NCBI GenBank assembly: GCA_963822945.1
Contig: CAWGJO010000012.1
Location: 64,001-128,000, forward strand
Source of the DNA: an uncultured Gemmatimonadaceae bacterium
Lineage (GTDB): Bacteria > Gemmatimonadota > Gemmatimonadetes > Gemmatimonadales > Gemmatimonadaceae
Length of the DNA stretch: 64,000 bases
Direction: 5' to 3'
Part shown: positions 22,157 through 34,260 of the stretch, in pieces
Numbering within the stretch: position 1 is the stretch's first letter
Layout: every line of letters starts with the position of its first letter
The notes under the pieces: model-generated
The model's input: only the letters and a program-made list of their open reading frames with translations
Told to the model about the DNA's origin: nothing
The model's database searches: none
Position numbers and translations under genes: made by a program

Positions 22157-22755
22157 ATCACTCGCGTCCTGTAGGACGTTATGAGTCGCTGCACGTACTT
22201 GCCGATCACGTCCGCCTCCACCTGGACCTCCGATCCCTCATTCAACGCGCCGAGGGTGGTGTGGCGAAGCGTGTACTCGATCAGGGACACCTGAACTGCA
22301 TCCGGCGCCGGAAGCGCGTTGACGGTGAGGCTCACGCCGTCCACCGTCAGCGACCCGTGCGGCACCATAAGGTCCGCCACATCTGGCGGGAGGGCAAGGT
22401 CGACCAGCCGCGCGTCGCCCCGCTGTTCGACGCCGGTCACGCGCCCCACGCCGTCCACGTGCCCGAGCACCAGGTGCCCGCCGAGCCGGTCGGCGGCGCG
22501 GAGCGCACGCTCGAGATTGACCTCGCGGCCCGCGGTCCATGACCCGATGGTGGTGCGGTCGAGCGTGGTGGCGACGGCAGCGACCGTGAACCAGCCAGGG
22601 CCGTGCTCGCGCACGGTGAGACAGGCCCCGTTGACGGCAATGCTCTCGCCGTCGGCGAGGTCGTCGTACCGGCTGGCGATGCGGAACTCGCGTCCCGCCG
22701 CCGTTCCGGTCACGTGCTCGATGGTTCCGACGCTGTCAACCAGCCCGCTGAACAC
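22153..22755 (-). CDS. ribE: Riboflavin synthase
   Basis: (M)FSGLV start, SIAVNGACLTV, GGHLVLGHVDG. Confidence 0.94.
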   Translation of the reverse strand: MFSGLVDSVGTIEHVTGTAAGREFRIASRYDDLADGESIAVNGACLTVREHGPGWFTVAAVATTLDRTTIGSWTAGREVNLERALRAADRLGGHLVLGHVDGVGRVTGVEQRGDARLVDLALPPDVADLMVPHGSLTVDGVSLTVNALPAPDAVQVSLIEYTLRHTTLGALNEGSEVQVEADVIGKYVQRLITSYRTRVI

Positions 22756-23843
22756 TAAGGCGCTCCCAGCGCATAGGTCGTCATGACGTCGTCGCCCAGG
22801 ACCCGGCGTTCCAGTACCCGCAGGCGCTCCAGGCGCGCGACGTCCCCCGGCGGCGCAAACGCAAAGGCGTTGAGGGCGCCCTGCCCCAGCACCACCGGCG
22901 CCTGAAAGATAATCAAGCGATCCACGGCGGCGCGCTCGAGGAAGCTGCCCGCCAGGCGGGCTCCCCCCTCCACGAGCAGGGATCCGATGCCGCGCTGCGC
23001 CAGCGCCTGCAGGGCCTCGGGCAGCCCGGAAGCGACCACCACGTCGACCCCCGACGCCTCGAGGGTCCGCGCCCGCTGTGGATTCGGCTCCCGGGCCACG
23101 ACGATGACCGGCGTCTCCCGGGCCGTGCGGACGAGCACGGAATCGGGCGGTGTACGCAGCGTGGAATCGAACACCACCCGGCGCAACGGGATGCGCGGTG
23201 GCTCCCAATCGCGCACCGTCAGCGCCGGATCGTCGCCCAGCACCGTCCCGATGCCGACGGCAATCGCATCGTGGCCCGCCCGCAGGCGGTGAACTTCGCG
23301 ACGCGACTCGGCACCGGTAAGGTGCGTGGTGGTGCTCCGGTCGGCGGCGGCGATCGCGCCGTCGATGGACATCGCCAGCTTGAGCGTGACGAATGGACGT
23401 TCGGGGTGCGCGAACCGGTGGAAGAACGGCGCGTTCAAGTCGCGCGCGGCCGCCTCCCCCTCCCCCAACTCCACGGCCACCCCGGATTCGCGGAGGCGTT
23501 GCGCGCCGCCCGCCGCCTCCGGATTGGGGTCGCCGACGGCGATCACCACACGACTCACCCCCGCCGCGGCGATCGCCTCGGTGCACGGGGGCGTCTTGCC
23601 CTGGTGGACGCACGGTTCGAGCGTCACATACAGCGTCGCGCCCCGGGCGCGCTCCCCCGCGGCTCGCAGCGCCGCCACCTCGGCATGGGCCTCGCCGAAG
23701 CGGGCATGATATCCCTCGCCCACCACCACGCCGTCGCGGACGAGGACGGCGCCGACCATGGGGTTCGGCGCCGTCTTGCCCCAGCCCTCGCGGGCCAGGT
23801 CCAGGGCCCGGCGCATGAACGCCGAGCCGCCGCGATCAGTCAC
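22755..23843 (-). CDS. ribD: Riboflavin biosynthesis deaminase/reductase
   Basis: PNPMVGAV, HAE, TLEPCVHQGKTPPC, VEGG. Confidence 0.96.
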   Translation of the reverse strand: MTDRGGSAFMRRALDLAREGWGKTAPNPMVGAVLVRDGVVVGEGYHARFGEAHAEVAALRAAGERARGATLYVTLEPCVHQGKTPPCTEAIAAAGVSRVVIAVGDPNPEAAGGAQRLRESGVAVELGEGEAAARDLNAPFFHRFAHPERPFVTLKLAMSIDGAIAAADRSTTTHLTGAESRREVHRLRAGHDAIAVGIGTVLGDDPALTVRDWEPPRIPLRRVVFDSTLRTPPDSVLVRTARETPVIVVAREPNPQRARTLEASGVDVVVASGLPEALQALAQRGIGSLLVEGGARLAGSFLERAAVDRLIIFQAPVVLGQGALNAFAFAPPGDVARLERLRVLERRVLGDDVMTTYALGAP

Positions 23844-23846
23844 GCG

Positions 23847-24833
23847 CTACCATGCGAAGCGAAGCCCCACGGAGCCGTAGAGGCGTGACGCGTTCGCATC
23901 CTTGTTGGCGAACGAGTTGTACGTGGCCACCGAGCCGCCGGACGCCTGTCCGATCTCGCCGACGAGCTTGAGGATCGGGAGGTTGAGCGAGAGATCGGCG
24001 AACATGTTGGTGCGCGTCATGTTCTGCGACAGCGAGACCTGCGCCGACTGCTGCCCCAGCGCGCTTCCCTGGACGGTGGCGCTGGTGCTGTACTTATCCT
24101 GCCCGACACCGGCCGCAAGCCCGAAGATGATGAAGTGCTTGCTGGCCACCAGGCGCCACGCGGTGGTCCCGATATCCATGTTCGACACGTTGAAGGAGGC
24201 CCCGTTCGAGGTGCCATCCAGCGTCACCGTGGGGAGATCGCGCTTGAGATACGTGAGCGCGACGCCCGGCACCACGATCGACTCCTTGAGAATCCCCAGA
24301 CGTGCCCCGTACCCGAACTTGAGCGAACCGTTGGGCGTATTCACGCTGAGGCTGTTCTGATTCACGTTCGGGATGTACGAGACGTTCACCAGGAAGTCCA
24401 ACCCGAGCACGTTGGTGACGCCCAGGGGCAGCCCGTTCCAGAGGCCGATGGCCGCATCAACGACCGGCATGGGCAGCGGTTGATTGGTCTTCGTGGGCAG
24501 CGTCTGCGCGGGGCTCGCACCGGTGATCCGGGTGTTGAACTGATCCACCTGCGGGAGCGTGCCCGCCACGATGTTGGCCCGGATGCCGAGCGAGAAGTGG
24601 CCGAACCCGCCAAGGATCCCGCCCTGTCCGAGCGTCGCGTTGCCGCCGGCGATCGCCGTGCCGAGCTGCGGCGCCATGTATTGGAACACGTCGACCGCCT
24701 GCTGGCAGGCATCCTGCGTTACCTGCGCAGAACTCCCGAGCGCACCGCTCGGACAAGACGTCGACTGCGCCAGGGCCGCCGATGCCGTCAGCAGCAGTGC
24801 GCCGACCGCACCGAACATGCCTCTTGCCTTCAT
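23847..24833 (-). CDS. Exported hypothetical protein, probable outer-membrane beta-barrel
   Basis: GGAG RBS then MKARGMFG.. signal peptide (ALA-Q); alternating beta-strand pattern; ends in aromatic FAW. Confidence 0.7.
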   Translation of the reverse strand: MKARGMFGAVGALLLTASAALAQSTSCPSGALGSSAQVTQDACQQAVDVFQYMAPQLGTAIAGGNATLGQGGILGGFGHFSLGIRANIVAGTLPQVDQFNTRITGASPAQTLPTKTNQPLPMPVVDAAIGLWNGLPLGVTNVLGLDFLVNVSYIPNVNQNSLSVNTPNGSLKFGYGARLGILKESIVVPGVALTYLKRDLPTVTLDGTSNGASFNVSNMDIGTTAWRLVASKHFIIFGLAAGVGQDKYSTSATVQGSALGQQSAQVSLSQNMTRTNMFADLSLNLPILKLVGEIGQASGGSVATYNSFANKDANASRLYGSVGLRFAW

Positions 24834-25874
24834 AACTCCTCCGCGTGGTAAATGTTTGGGCGACCCGAACCGCGAACCACACGGCCCACCTGCCACCCCT
24901 CGCATCCGGTAGCGGCGACGGAGGCCATGACGGCCTCGGCGTCGGAAGGCGCGACGATCACGACCATCCCGATCCCCATATTGAACGATCGGTACATGTC
25001 GGCCGTCGGCACGCCTCCTGCCCGCTGCAATTGGACGAACAAGTTCGGCACGCGCCACGCACGCGCATCGACGTCCGCGTCCAATGTGTCGGGGATCACT
25101 CTTCCCAGATTGCCGGGCAGTCCGCCCCCCGTAATGTGAGCCATCGCACGAATCCGGCCGAGGACCGGGCGCAGGGCCGCGGAGATACGACCGGTGAATC
25201 CGGAGCAGCACGTCGGCCACCGTGCCCTCCTCCCCCGGGAATGCATCGCTCATCCCCAGCCGCATCCGCTCCGCCACGATACGCCGGGCCAGCGAATACC
25301 CGTTGGTGTGGAGCCCGCTGCTGGCCAAGCCAAGCAACACGTCACCTTCGCGCACGCGCTCGGCCGAGAGGATCGCGTCTTCCTCCACATAGCCGACGAT
25401 GAACCCCGCCAGGTCGAAGTCCGGCGGTGTATAGAGGCCGGGCATCTCGGCGGTCTCGCCACCGACGAGCGCGCACCCGTTGTCGCGACATCCCGCGGCC
25501 ACCCCGGTCACGATCGCCTCGACGACCGCGGGCACGAGCACACCGAACGCCACGTAGTCGAGGAAGAAGAGCGGCGACGCGCCCTGCACCAGGATGTCGT
25601 TCACACAGTGGTTCACCAGATCGTGCCCCACCGTGTCATAGCGGCCCGATTCGACGGCGACCTTGATCTTGGTGCCCACGCCGTCGGCGCTGGACACGAG
25701 CACGGGCTGCTTCGCGTCTTGCGGGAGGCGGAACATCCCGCCGAACCCGCCGAAGCTGCCGCGCGCGCCCGCCGTGAACGTCGATTCGACCAGGCGCTTG
25801 ATGCGGTGCTTGGCGTCGTCCGCCGCATCGATGTCCACGCCGGACGATCGATAGTCGAGAGGGGCCTCGCTCAT
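24830..25874 (-). CDS. purM: Phosphoribosylformylglycinamidine cyclo-ligase, +1 frameshift near 25181
   Basis: YRSSGVDID, DGVGTK, GGETAEMPG, SGLHTNGYSL; C-terminal AHITGGG and FNMGIGM lie in another frame (ORF 24830..25246). Confidence 0.93.
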
Positions 25875-26794
25875 CCAAGCATCTCCGCTTCGAACGACAC
25901 CAGGCGGTGGAACTCCCGCACGCGGCGGTCGACGTCACTCGGCTCGATCTCGAGCAGGCGCTCGACCGAGAACTTCTCGACGGCGAACGACCCCATGGCG
26001 CTGCCGTAGATGACGGCGCGGCGCAGATTCTCCTCGGACACGTCGCCGGTATGAGCCAGGTAGCCCATGAACCCGCCGGCGAACGAATCGCCGGCCCCCG
26101 TCGGATCGAAGACTTCCTCGAGCGGATAGGCGGGCGCGAAGAACACCGAGGTCGGCGTGAACATGAACGCCCCATGTTCACCCTTCTTGATGATCACGAG
26201 CTTGGGGCCGCGATCCATGATCCACTTCGCGGCCTTCACCAGATTGAACTGCTCGGTGAGTTGCCGGGCCTCGCCGTCGTTGAGCGTGATCGCGTCCACG
26301 CGCTCCAGCAGCGAGAGCAGTTCGGGGCGCCGGCTCTCGATCCAGAAGTTCATCGTATCGCAGGCGACGAGCGTCGGCTCGCGCACCTGGTCGAGCACGT
26401 CGAGCTGGAGGCGCGGATCGATGTTGCCGAGGAACACGAACGGCGAGTCGCTGAACTGCTCGGGAATCTTCGGGTGGAAGTTGGAGAACACCCCGAGGTG
26501 CGTCTCGAGCGTCTCGGCGACGTTGAGGTCGTGGCGGTAGCGGCCGCGCCAGCGGAACGAGGGTCCATCCGCCGTCTCGACGCCGGCAAAGTCGACGCCG
26601 CGCCGGATGAGCGGCTCCAGCCGGTTCATCGGGTAGTCGTTGCCGACCACGCCCACCACGCGCACGCGCGCGAGGTGACTGGCCGAGGCGGAGAAGAAGT
26701 TGGCCGATCCGCCGATCACGTTGTCCGCCTTGCCGAACGGCGTTTCCACGGAATCGAGGGCGACCGAGCCGACCACCAGCACGGTCTGCTTCAC
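25871..26794 (-). CDS. PfkB family carbohydrate kinase
   Basis: [29 protein letters not shown] signature. Confidence 0.93.
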   Translation of the reverse strand: MKQTVLVVGSVALDSVETPFGKADNVIGGSANFFSASASHLARVRVVGVVGNDYPMNRLEPLIRRGVDFAGVETADGPSFRWRGRYRHDLNVAETLETHLGVFSNFHPKIPEQFSDSPFVFLGNIDPRLQLDVLDQVREPTLVACDTMNFWIESRRPELLSLLERVDAITLNDGEARQLTEQFNLVKAAKWIMDRGPKLVIIKKGEHGAFMFTPTSVFFAPAYPLEEVFDPTGAGDSFAGGFMGYLAHTGDVSEENLRRAVIYGSAMGSFAVEKFSVERLLEIEPSDVDRRVREFHRLVSFEAEMLG

Positions 26795-28446
26795 ATGCGC
26801 TCCGGGGCTGAGATGCCGAGAAGGGTGAGTCCGTTGTGCAATACGATCTGCGACGCGCGGGCGAGGGCGAGCCGGGCGTTCATGACCGGCTCGGGTTCGT
26901 TGAGCACGTGGGCTGAGTGGTACCAGAGGTGGACCTTTCCCGCGAGATCGTGCAGGTAGTTGGCCACCCGGTGGGGTTCCAGCGCGGTGGCTGCCCCGGC
27001 GACGAGCGCCGGATAATCGAGCAGCGCCTTGATCAGCTCTCCTTCCTCGGGCCGGGCGAGCTGGGTGAAGTCGACGCCCTCGCCCGTGACCGACGCCGCG
27101 TCGATCTCCCCCACGCGGAAGATGCCGGACATCCGGGCGTGCGCCATCTGGATGTAGTAGACCGGGTTCTCCTCCGACTGGGAGCGCGCGAGGTCGACGT
27201 CGAACTGCAACTGCGAGTCGCCCTTGCGCATGAGGAAGAAGTAGCGGACCGCGTCGCGCCCCACCTCGTCGATCAGGTCGCGGACGGTCACGTAGCTGCC
27301 GGCGCGCTTCGAGATCTTCACTTCCTCACCGCCCTTCATCACCGTCACCATCTGATGCAGCACGTACTCGGGGTACCCTTCGGGGATCCCGATGCCGAGC
27401 GCCTGCAGCCCGATGCGCACCCGGGTGACCGTGCTGTGATGGTCCGATCCCTGCACGTTGATGGCGCGCCTGAACCCGCGTTCCCACTTGGTGACGTGGT
27501 ACGCGACGTCGGGCACGAAGTAGGTGGGCTCGCCCCCCTTCTCCGCGCTCCGGCGCATGACGCGGTCCTTGTCGTCGCCGAAGTCGGTGGTCTTCAGCCA
27601 GAGGGCGCCATCCTTCTCATACGTATGGCCGGCCGCCACGAGCCGATCGATCGTCTCGCCCACCTTCCCTTCGGCGTACAGCGACGACTCCAGGAAGTAC
27701 ACGTCGAATTTCACCCCGAACGCCTGCAGGTCGCGGTCCTGTTCGTGGCGCAGCTCCTGCACCGCGAACCGGCGCACCGCGTCCAGATCGGCGCCGTCCG
27801 GATCGCCGGGGTACCCATCGACGTATCGTTGGGCGATCTCCCGGATGTACTCGCCGTGGTACCCGCCCTCCGGGATCTCGATCGAGCGCCCGTGGAGCTG
27901 CGCGATCCGCGCCCGCACGCTGGTGGCGAGATTCATGATCTGCGCCCCGGCGTCGTTGTAGTAGAACTCGCGCGTGACCGCCCAGCCGGTGGCTTCGAGC
28001 AGGGACGAGATGGCGTCGCCGAGCGCGGCCTGTCGCCCGTGCCCCACGTGCAGCGGACCGGTGGGGTTGGCCGACACGAACTCGACGTTGACGGCCTGCC
28101 CGGCCGCCGAGTGGTCGCGGCCGTACGCGCGCCCCGCCTGGACGAGCGCCAGCAACCCCTGGGCGAGGGTGTCCGTGGCGACGCGGAAGTTGATGAATCC
28201 GGGCCCCGCGATCTCCGCGGAGCGAACGCCGCCGCGCGCGAGATCCATGGCATCGATGAGCTGTTGCGCCAGGTCGCGCGGCTTCCGGCCGAGCGGCTTG
28301 GCGAGCGTCATCGCCAGATTCGTGGCCCAATCGCCGAACGCCGGATCGCGCGGACGTTCGAGGAGGGGCGTCACATCGTCGGGCGCGCCCAGAGCCCGCG
28401 CCGCCCGCGTGAGCTCGGCGCGCAGGAGATCGTCACCGGCCATCAA
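26791..28446 (-). CDS. argS: Arginine--tRNA ligase
   Basis: [40 protein letters not shown] end. Confidence 0.97.
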   Translation of the reverse strand: MMAGDDLLRAELTRAARALGAPDDVTPLLERPRDPAFGDWATNLAMTLAKPLGRKPRDLAQQLIDAMDLARGGVRSAEIAGPGFINFRVATDTLAQGLLALVQAGRAYGRDHSAAGQAVNVEFVSANPTGPLHVGHGRQAALGDAISSLLEATGWAVTREFYYNDAGAQIMNLATSVRARIAQLHGRSIEIPEGGYHGEYIREIAQRYVDGYPGDPDGADLDAVRRFAVQELRHEQDRDLQAFGVKFDVYFLESSLYAEGKVGETIDRLVAAGHTYEKDGALWLKTTDFGDDKDRVMRRSAEKGGEPTYFVPDVAYHVTKWERGFRRAINVQGSDHHSTVTRVRIGLQALGIGIPEGYPEYVLHQMVTVMKGGEEVKISKRAGSYVTVRDLIDEVGRDAVRYFFLMRKGDSQLQFDVDLARSQSEENPVYYIQMAHARMSGIFRVGEIDAASVTGEGVDFTQLARPEEGELIKALLDYPALVAGAATALEPHRVANYLHDLAGKVHLWYHSAHVLNEPEPVMNARLALARASQIVLHNGLTLLGISAPERM

Positions 28447-28823
28447 TCGCCTTTCTTGGGAGTGCTCTTGTCGGCGCCGGAATTGGCGCCCTTGCTCGCC
28501 TTCGCGTCCGATCCGCCGGAGGACGAACCCTTGCCGGCCTCTCCCCCGGAACCACCGCTCGACGCCCCTTCACCGCCGGGCTTGGCGCCCTCACCCGTCG
28601 GGCGCGCCGGCTTGGCGTCACCGCGCGTGGCATGGGCATTCTTGCCGTAATCCGTCAGGTAGAACCCCGAACCCTTGAACAGCAGGCCGGCGCCGGCCGA
28701 GAGCTGCCGGACTCCGACGGCACCGCATTCCGGACACGGGACTTCCGACTGCGAAGCGCTGATCGTGCGGTAGAACTTCTCGAAGTCGTGGCCGTTGGGG
28801 CAGCGGTACTCGTAAGTAGGCAT
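28443..28823 (-). CDS. FmdB family zinc-ribbon protein
   Basis: [29 protein letters not shown] followed by a low-complexity tail. Confidence 0.92.
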   Translation of the reverse strand: MPTYEYRCPNGHDFEKFYRTISASQSEVPCPECGAVGVRQLSAGAGLLFKGSGFYLTDYGKNAHATRGDAKPARPTGEGAKPGGEGASSGGSGGEAGKGSSSGGSDAKASKGANSGADKSTPKKGD

Positions 28824-28901
28824 TTCGCGGGGACTTAAGACAGCGAAAGCTACCCGCCGCGTGAGGGCCGTTCAAGGGCACGGGCCACGCTCGCCGTGGC
28901 G

Positions 28902-30504
<1,603 letters not shown>

Positions 30505-30507
30505 ATA

Positions 30508-30589
30508 ACTGAGAAGAGGCGGAACCGAGAAACGACGCAGGGCCGAGACTACGCAGGGCATGAACAGCGCAGGGCCGAAACCGCGGGGA
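30508..30589. repeat. Left arm of an imperfect inverted repeat (three 16-bp units) flanking the four-helix-bundle gene
   Basis: 30523-30546 AACCGAGAAACGACGCAGGGCCGA is the exact reverse complement of 31372-31395; 30508-30559 matches rc(31359-31410) at 45/52. Units: GACGCAGGGCCGAGAC, TACGCAGGGCATGAAC, AGCGCAGGGCCGAAAC. Confidence 0.9.
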
Positions 30590-30601
30590 TGTGGAGGAGT
30601 T

Positions 30602-30656
30602 GAAACAGCGGATTTGGGAAAGGACGAAACAGCGAATTCGGGAAGTTACGAAACAG
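30602..30656. repeat. 24-bp direct repeat, about 2.3 copies
   Basis: GAAACAGCGGATTTGGGAAAGGAC / GAAACAGCGAATTCGGGAAGTTAC / GAAACAG. Confidence 0.8.
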
Positions 30657-30703
30657 AAAGATACGGCGTGGGGTGGATTGTAGCCGCAGGCAGCATATCC
30701 GGG

Positions 30704-31078
30704 ATGCATCGTGCCGTTATGAATACGGCGACCAACGTGCGGGATCTGAAGGTCTGGGACGCGGCGCGAATGCTGGCCCGTGAAGTGCGCCGGGTAGCGG
30801 AGGCCGCGCGGGGAGAGGGGTCGGGCGACGTGTGGGCCCAGGCGAAACGTGCCGCCGACTCGGTTGGGGCGAACATCGCCGAAGGGTGCGGGCGCCCGAC
30901 GACGGCCGACCGGCGTCGGTTCTTCTCAATCGCGGTCGGCTCCCTTCGCGAAACCCAACATCATCTGCGTAGCTGCCACGACTATGGCCTGCTCGAAGAA
31001 CGAGAGTACCTGCGGCTGGCAGGCCTGGCGAGCGTCACACGGCGCATGCTCGAATCCCTGTCGGCCCGCCTGCGCTGA
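30704..31078 (+). CDS. Four helix bundle protein (23S rRNA-IVP / Avd-like family); alternative start at 30719
   Basis: RDLKVWDAA..Q.KRAADSVGANIAEGCGR....RRFFSIAVGSLRETQHHL.....YGLL is the typical family pattern. Confidence 0.9.
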   Translation: MHRAVMNTATNVRDLKVWDAARMLAREVRRVAEAARGEGSGDVWAQAKRAADSVGANIAEGCGRPTTADRRRFFSIAVGSLRETQHHLRSCHDYGLLEEREYLRLAGLASVTRRMLESLSARLR

Positions 31079-31130
31079 ACGTTGGATGCATGGACGGCTT
31101 GGAGGTCGAAAGGCGAAACGCTACTCCACC

Positions 31131-31290
31131 TTGTTGATCGCCGTTGATGGCCGTTGATGGCCGTTGATCGCCGTTGATCGCCGTTGATCGCCGTTGATCG
31201 CCGTTGATCGCCGCTAATCGCTGTCGCACGCCGCTGCACGCTGTCGCACGCTGTCGCACGCCGCTCCTCGTCGTTTCACGGCGTTTCAAC
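31131..31290. repeat. 10-bp tandem array, about 16 units in register with a drifting consensus
   Basis: TTGTTGATCG, CCGTTGATGG x2, CCGTTGATCG x5, CCGCTAATCG, CTGTCGCACG, CCGCTGCACG, CTGTCGCACG x2, CCGCTCCTCG, TCGTTTCACG, GCGTTTCAAC. Confidence 0.93.
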
Positions 31291-31312
31291 CCGCTTCTGG
31301 AGTGCTTCCGAC

Positions 31313-31410
31313 TCCCCGCAGTTTCGGTCCTGCGCCGTACCGGCCCTGCGTCGTTTCGGTCCTGCGTGGTATCGGCCCTGCGTCGTTTCTCGGTTTCGCC
31401 GCTTTTCGGT
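31313..31410. repeat. Right arm of the inverted repeat (four 16-bp units)
   Basis: GTTTCGGTCCTGCGCC, GTACCGGCCCTGCGTC, GTTTCGGTCCTGCGTG, GTATCGGCCCTGCGTC (31321-31384), then GTTTCTCGGTTTCGCCGCTTTTCGGT; reverse complement of the left arm. Confidence 0.9.
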
Positions 31411-31416
31411 TCGTGG

Positions 31417-32439
31417 TTACGCCGTAGCCAACTCCCCTTTCAACATCCTCTCCGCCAACTGCACATCATCCCGGCTGCCGATGTACAACGGCGTCCGCTG
31501 GTGCAATTCCGTGGGCTGTACGTCGAGCACGCGGTTCGTGCCGTCGCTCGCCAGCCCCCCGGCCTGTTCCACGATGAACGCCAGGGGATTGGCTTCGTAC
31601 AGCAGGCGGAGCTTGCCGTCGGGCGATTTGGTGTTGCGCGGATAGGCGAAGATTCCGCCGCCGAGCAGGTTGCGGTGGAAGTCGGCGACCAGCGATCCGA
31701 CGTAGCGAATGCTCAGCGGCTTGCGGTCGCCCTCCAGCCCGCGGTAGCGACGCATCAGCAATCGCACCTCGTCGCTCCACAGTTGCTGGTACGAGTCGTT
31801 GACCGACAGGTACCGGCCGACGGGCGGGATCTGAATGTTGGGATGCGAGAGCAGGAACTCGCCGATCGACGGATCGAGGGTGAATCCGTGGGCACCCTGC
31901 CCCGTGGTGTACACCAGCATCGTGCTCGATCCGTAGATGACGTAGCCCGCCGCCACCTGGCGCCGCCCCGGCTGCAGCATGTCCTCCATGACCCCGTCGC
32001 GGCCGCGCGTGATCTTGGGGACCACCGAGAAGATGGTGCCCACCGGCACGTTCACGTCGATGTTCGACGATCCGTCGAGCGGATCGAAGAGCAGCGCGTA
32101 CTTGCCGGTCTTGAACTCGCGCGGAATGGGGACGATCCCCTCTTCCTCTTCCGACGCCATGGCGCAGAGACGCCCCGTGTGGTCCATGGCCTTGACGATC
32201 GTCTCGTTGGCGAAGATGTCGAGCTTCTGCTGGATCTCGCCCTGGACGTTTTCGTGGTTGGCTGAGCCGAGAATGTCCACCAATCCCGCGCTCCGCACCT
32301 TGTTGGTGATCAGCTTGGCGGCCAGTGCGAGATCGTACAGGATGTTCGACAGATCCCCGCTGGCGTCGGGATGCAGTCGTTCCTGCTCGATGATGAAGCG
32401 CTCGATGGTGACGACGGACGTCGAGGAGTGATTGACCAC
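31417..32439 (-). CDS. fbp: Fructose-1,6-bisphosphatase class 1
   Basis: [48 protein letters not shown]. Confidence 0.96.
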   Translation of the reverse strand: MVNHSSTSVVTIERFIIEQERLHPDASGDLSNILYDLALAAKLITNKVRSAGLVDILGSANHENVQGEIQQKLDIFANETIVKAMDHTGRLCAMASEEEEGIVPIPREFKTGKYALLFDPLDGSSNIDVNVPVGTIFSVVPKITRGRDGVMEDMLQPGRRQVAAGYVIYGSSTMLVYTTGQGAHGFTLDPSIGEFLLSHPNIQIPPVGRYLSVNDSYQQLWSDEVRLLMRRYRGLEGDRKPLSIRYVGSLVADFHRNLLGGGIFAYPRNTKSPDGKLRLLYEANPLAFIVEQAGGLASDGTNRVLDVQPTELHQRTPLYIGSRDDVQLAERMLKGELATA

Positions 32440-32510
32440 GGGTGATCCTCGTTGGGGGGAGGAGAATGGGAAAGTGGACGGGTGTCGCGACCGGGGCAAG
32501 TCCGGCGCGG

Positions 32511-32972
32511 TCAGGCGTGCGCCGGCGGCCGTACGTGATCGAAGATCAGCTCGGTTTCGATGTGACCGACTTCGGGACGGGACAGGAAGCGGTCGAGCGC
32601 CAGGTCGCGGAGGTGTTGCGCGTCCTGCGCCACGACGTGCACGAGAAAATCGATCTCGCCGCTCACGTGATACACATCGACCACTTCCGGAATGGTGATC
32701 ACGTAGTCGCGGAACGCATCGAAGTTCTGCCGGGAGTGCTGGGGTAGCCGCACGGCAATCATGGCCTCGATGCCGTAGCCGAGCGCGGCGGGATTGACGA
32801 CGGCGTGAAAGCCGAGGATCGCGCCGCTCTGGACCAGGCGCCGGACCCGCTCGTGACAGCTCGACGGCGCGAGCCCCACCCGAGCGGCCAGTTCCTTGTT
32901 CGACAGCCGCGCATTGTTCGCGAGGGCGGCCAGTATCTCGCGATCCGTTTGGTCTAGAGGTCGATTTTCCAC
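32511..32972 (-). CDS. Lrp/AsnC family transcriptional regulator
   Basis: [52 protein letters not shown]; divergent from a Met/Cys lyase. Confidence 0.93.
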   Translation of the reverse strand: MENRPLDQTDREILAALANNARLSNKELAARVGLAPSSCHERVRRLVQSGAILGFHAVVNPAALGYGIEAMIAVRLPQHSRQNFDAFRDYVITIPEVVDVYHVSGEIDFLVHVVAQDAQHLRDLALDRFLSRPEVGHIETELIFDHVRPPAHA

Positions 32973-33054
32973 TGAAATTCCGAAATATGTTCGTTGGACA
33001 GAACGGTACACCGAACAGTATTCTACATATATGGAATACACCGAGGCAACCTCC

Positions 33055-34260
<1,206 letters not shown>

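Noticed and set aside
23847..25874. PurM-outer membrane protein fusion (675 aa)
   Set aside because: Created by a +1 indel in purM; the downstream gene has its own RBS, ATG and signal peptide.
30704..31078. Diversity-generating retroelement (Avd-like gene)
   Set aside because: No reverse transcriptase and no TR/VR pair differing at adenines in the window.
31131..31410. CRISPR array
   Set aside because: Units are contiguous 10- or 16-mers without unique spacers; no cas genes.
30508..31410. Classical IS or MITE
   Set aside because: No transposase or target-site duplication visible, and the arms are tandem-repeat-built. Kept as an unclassified cassette instead.
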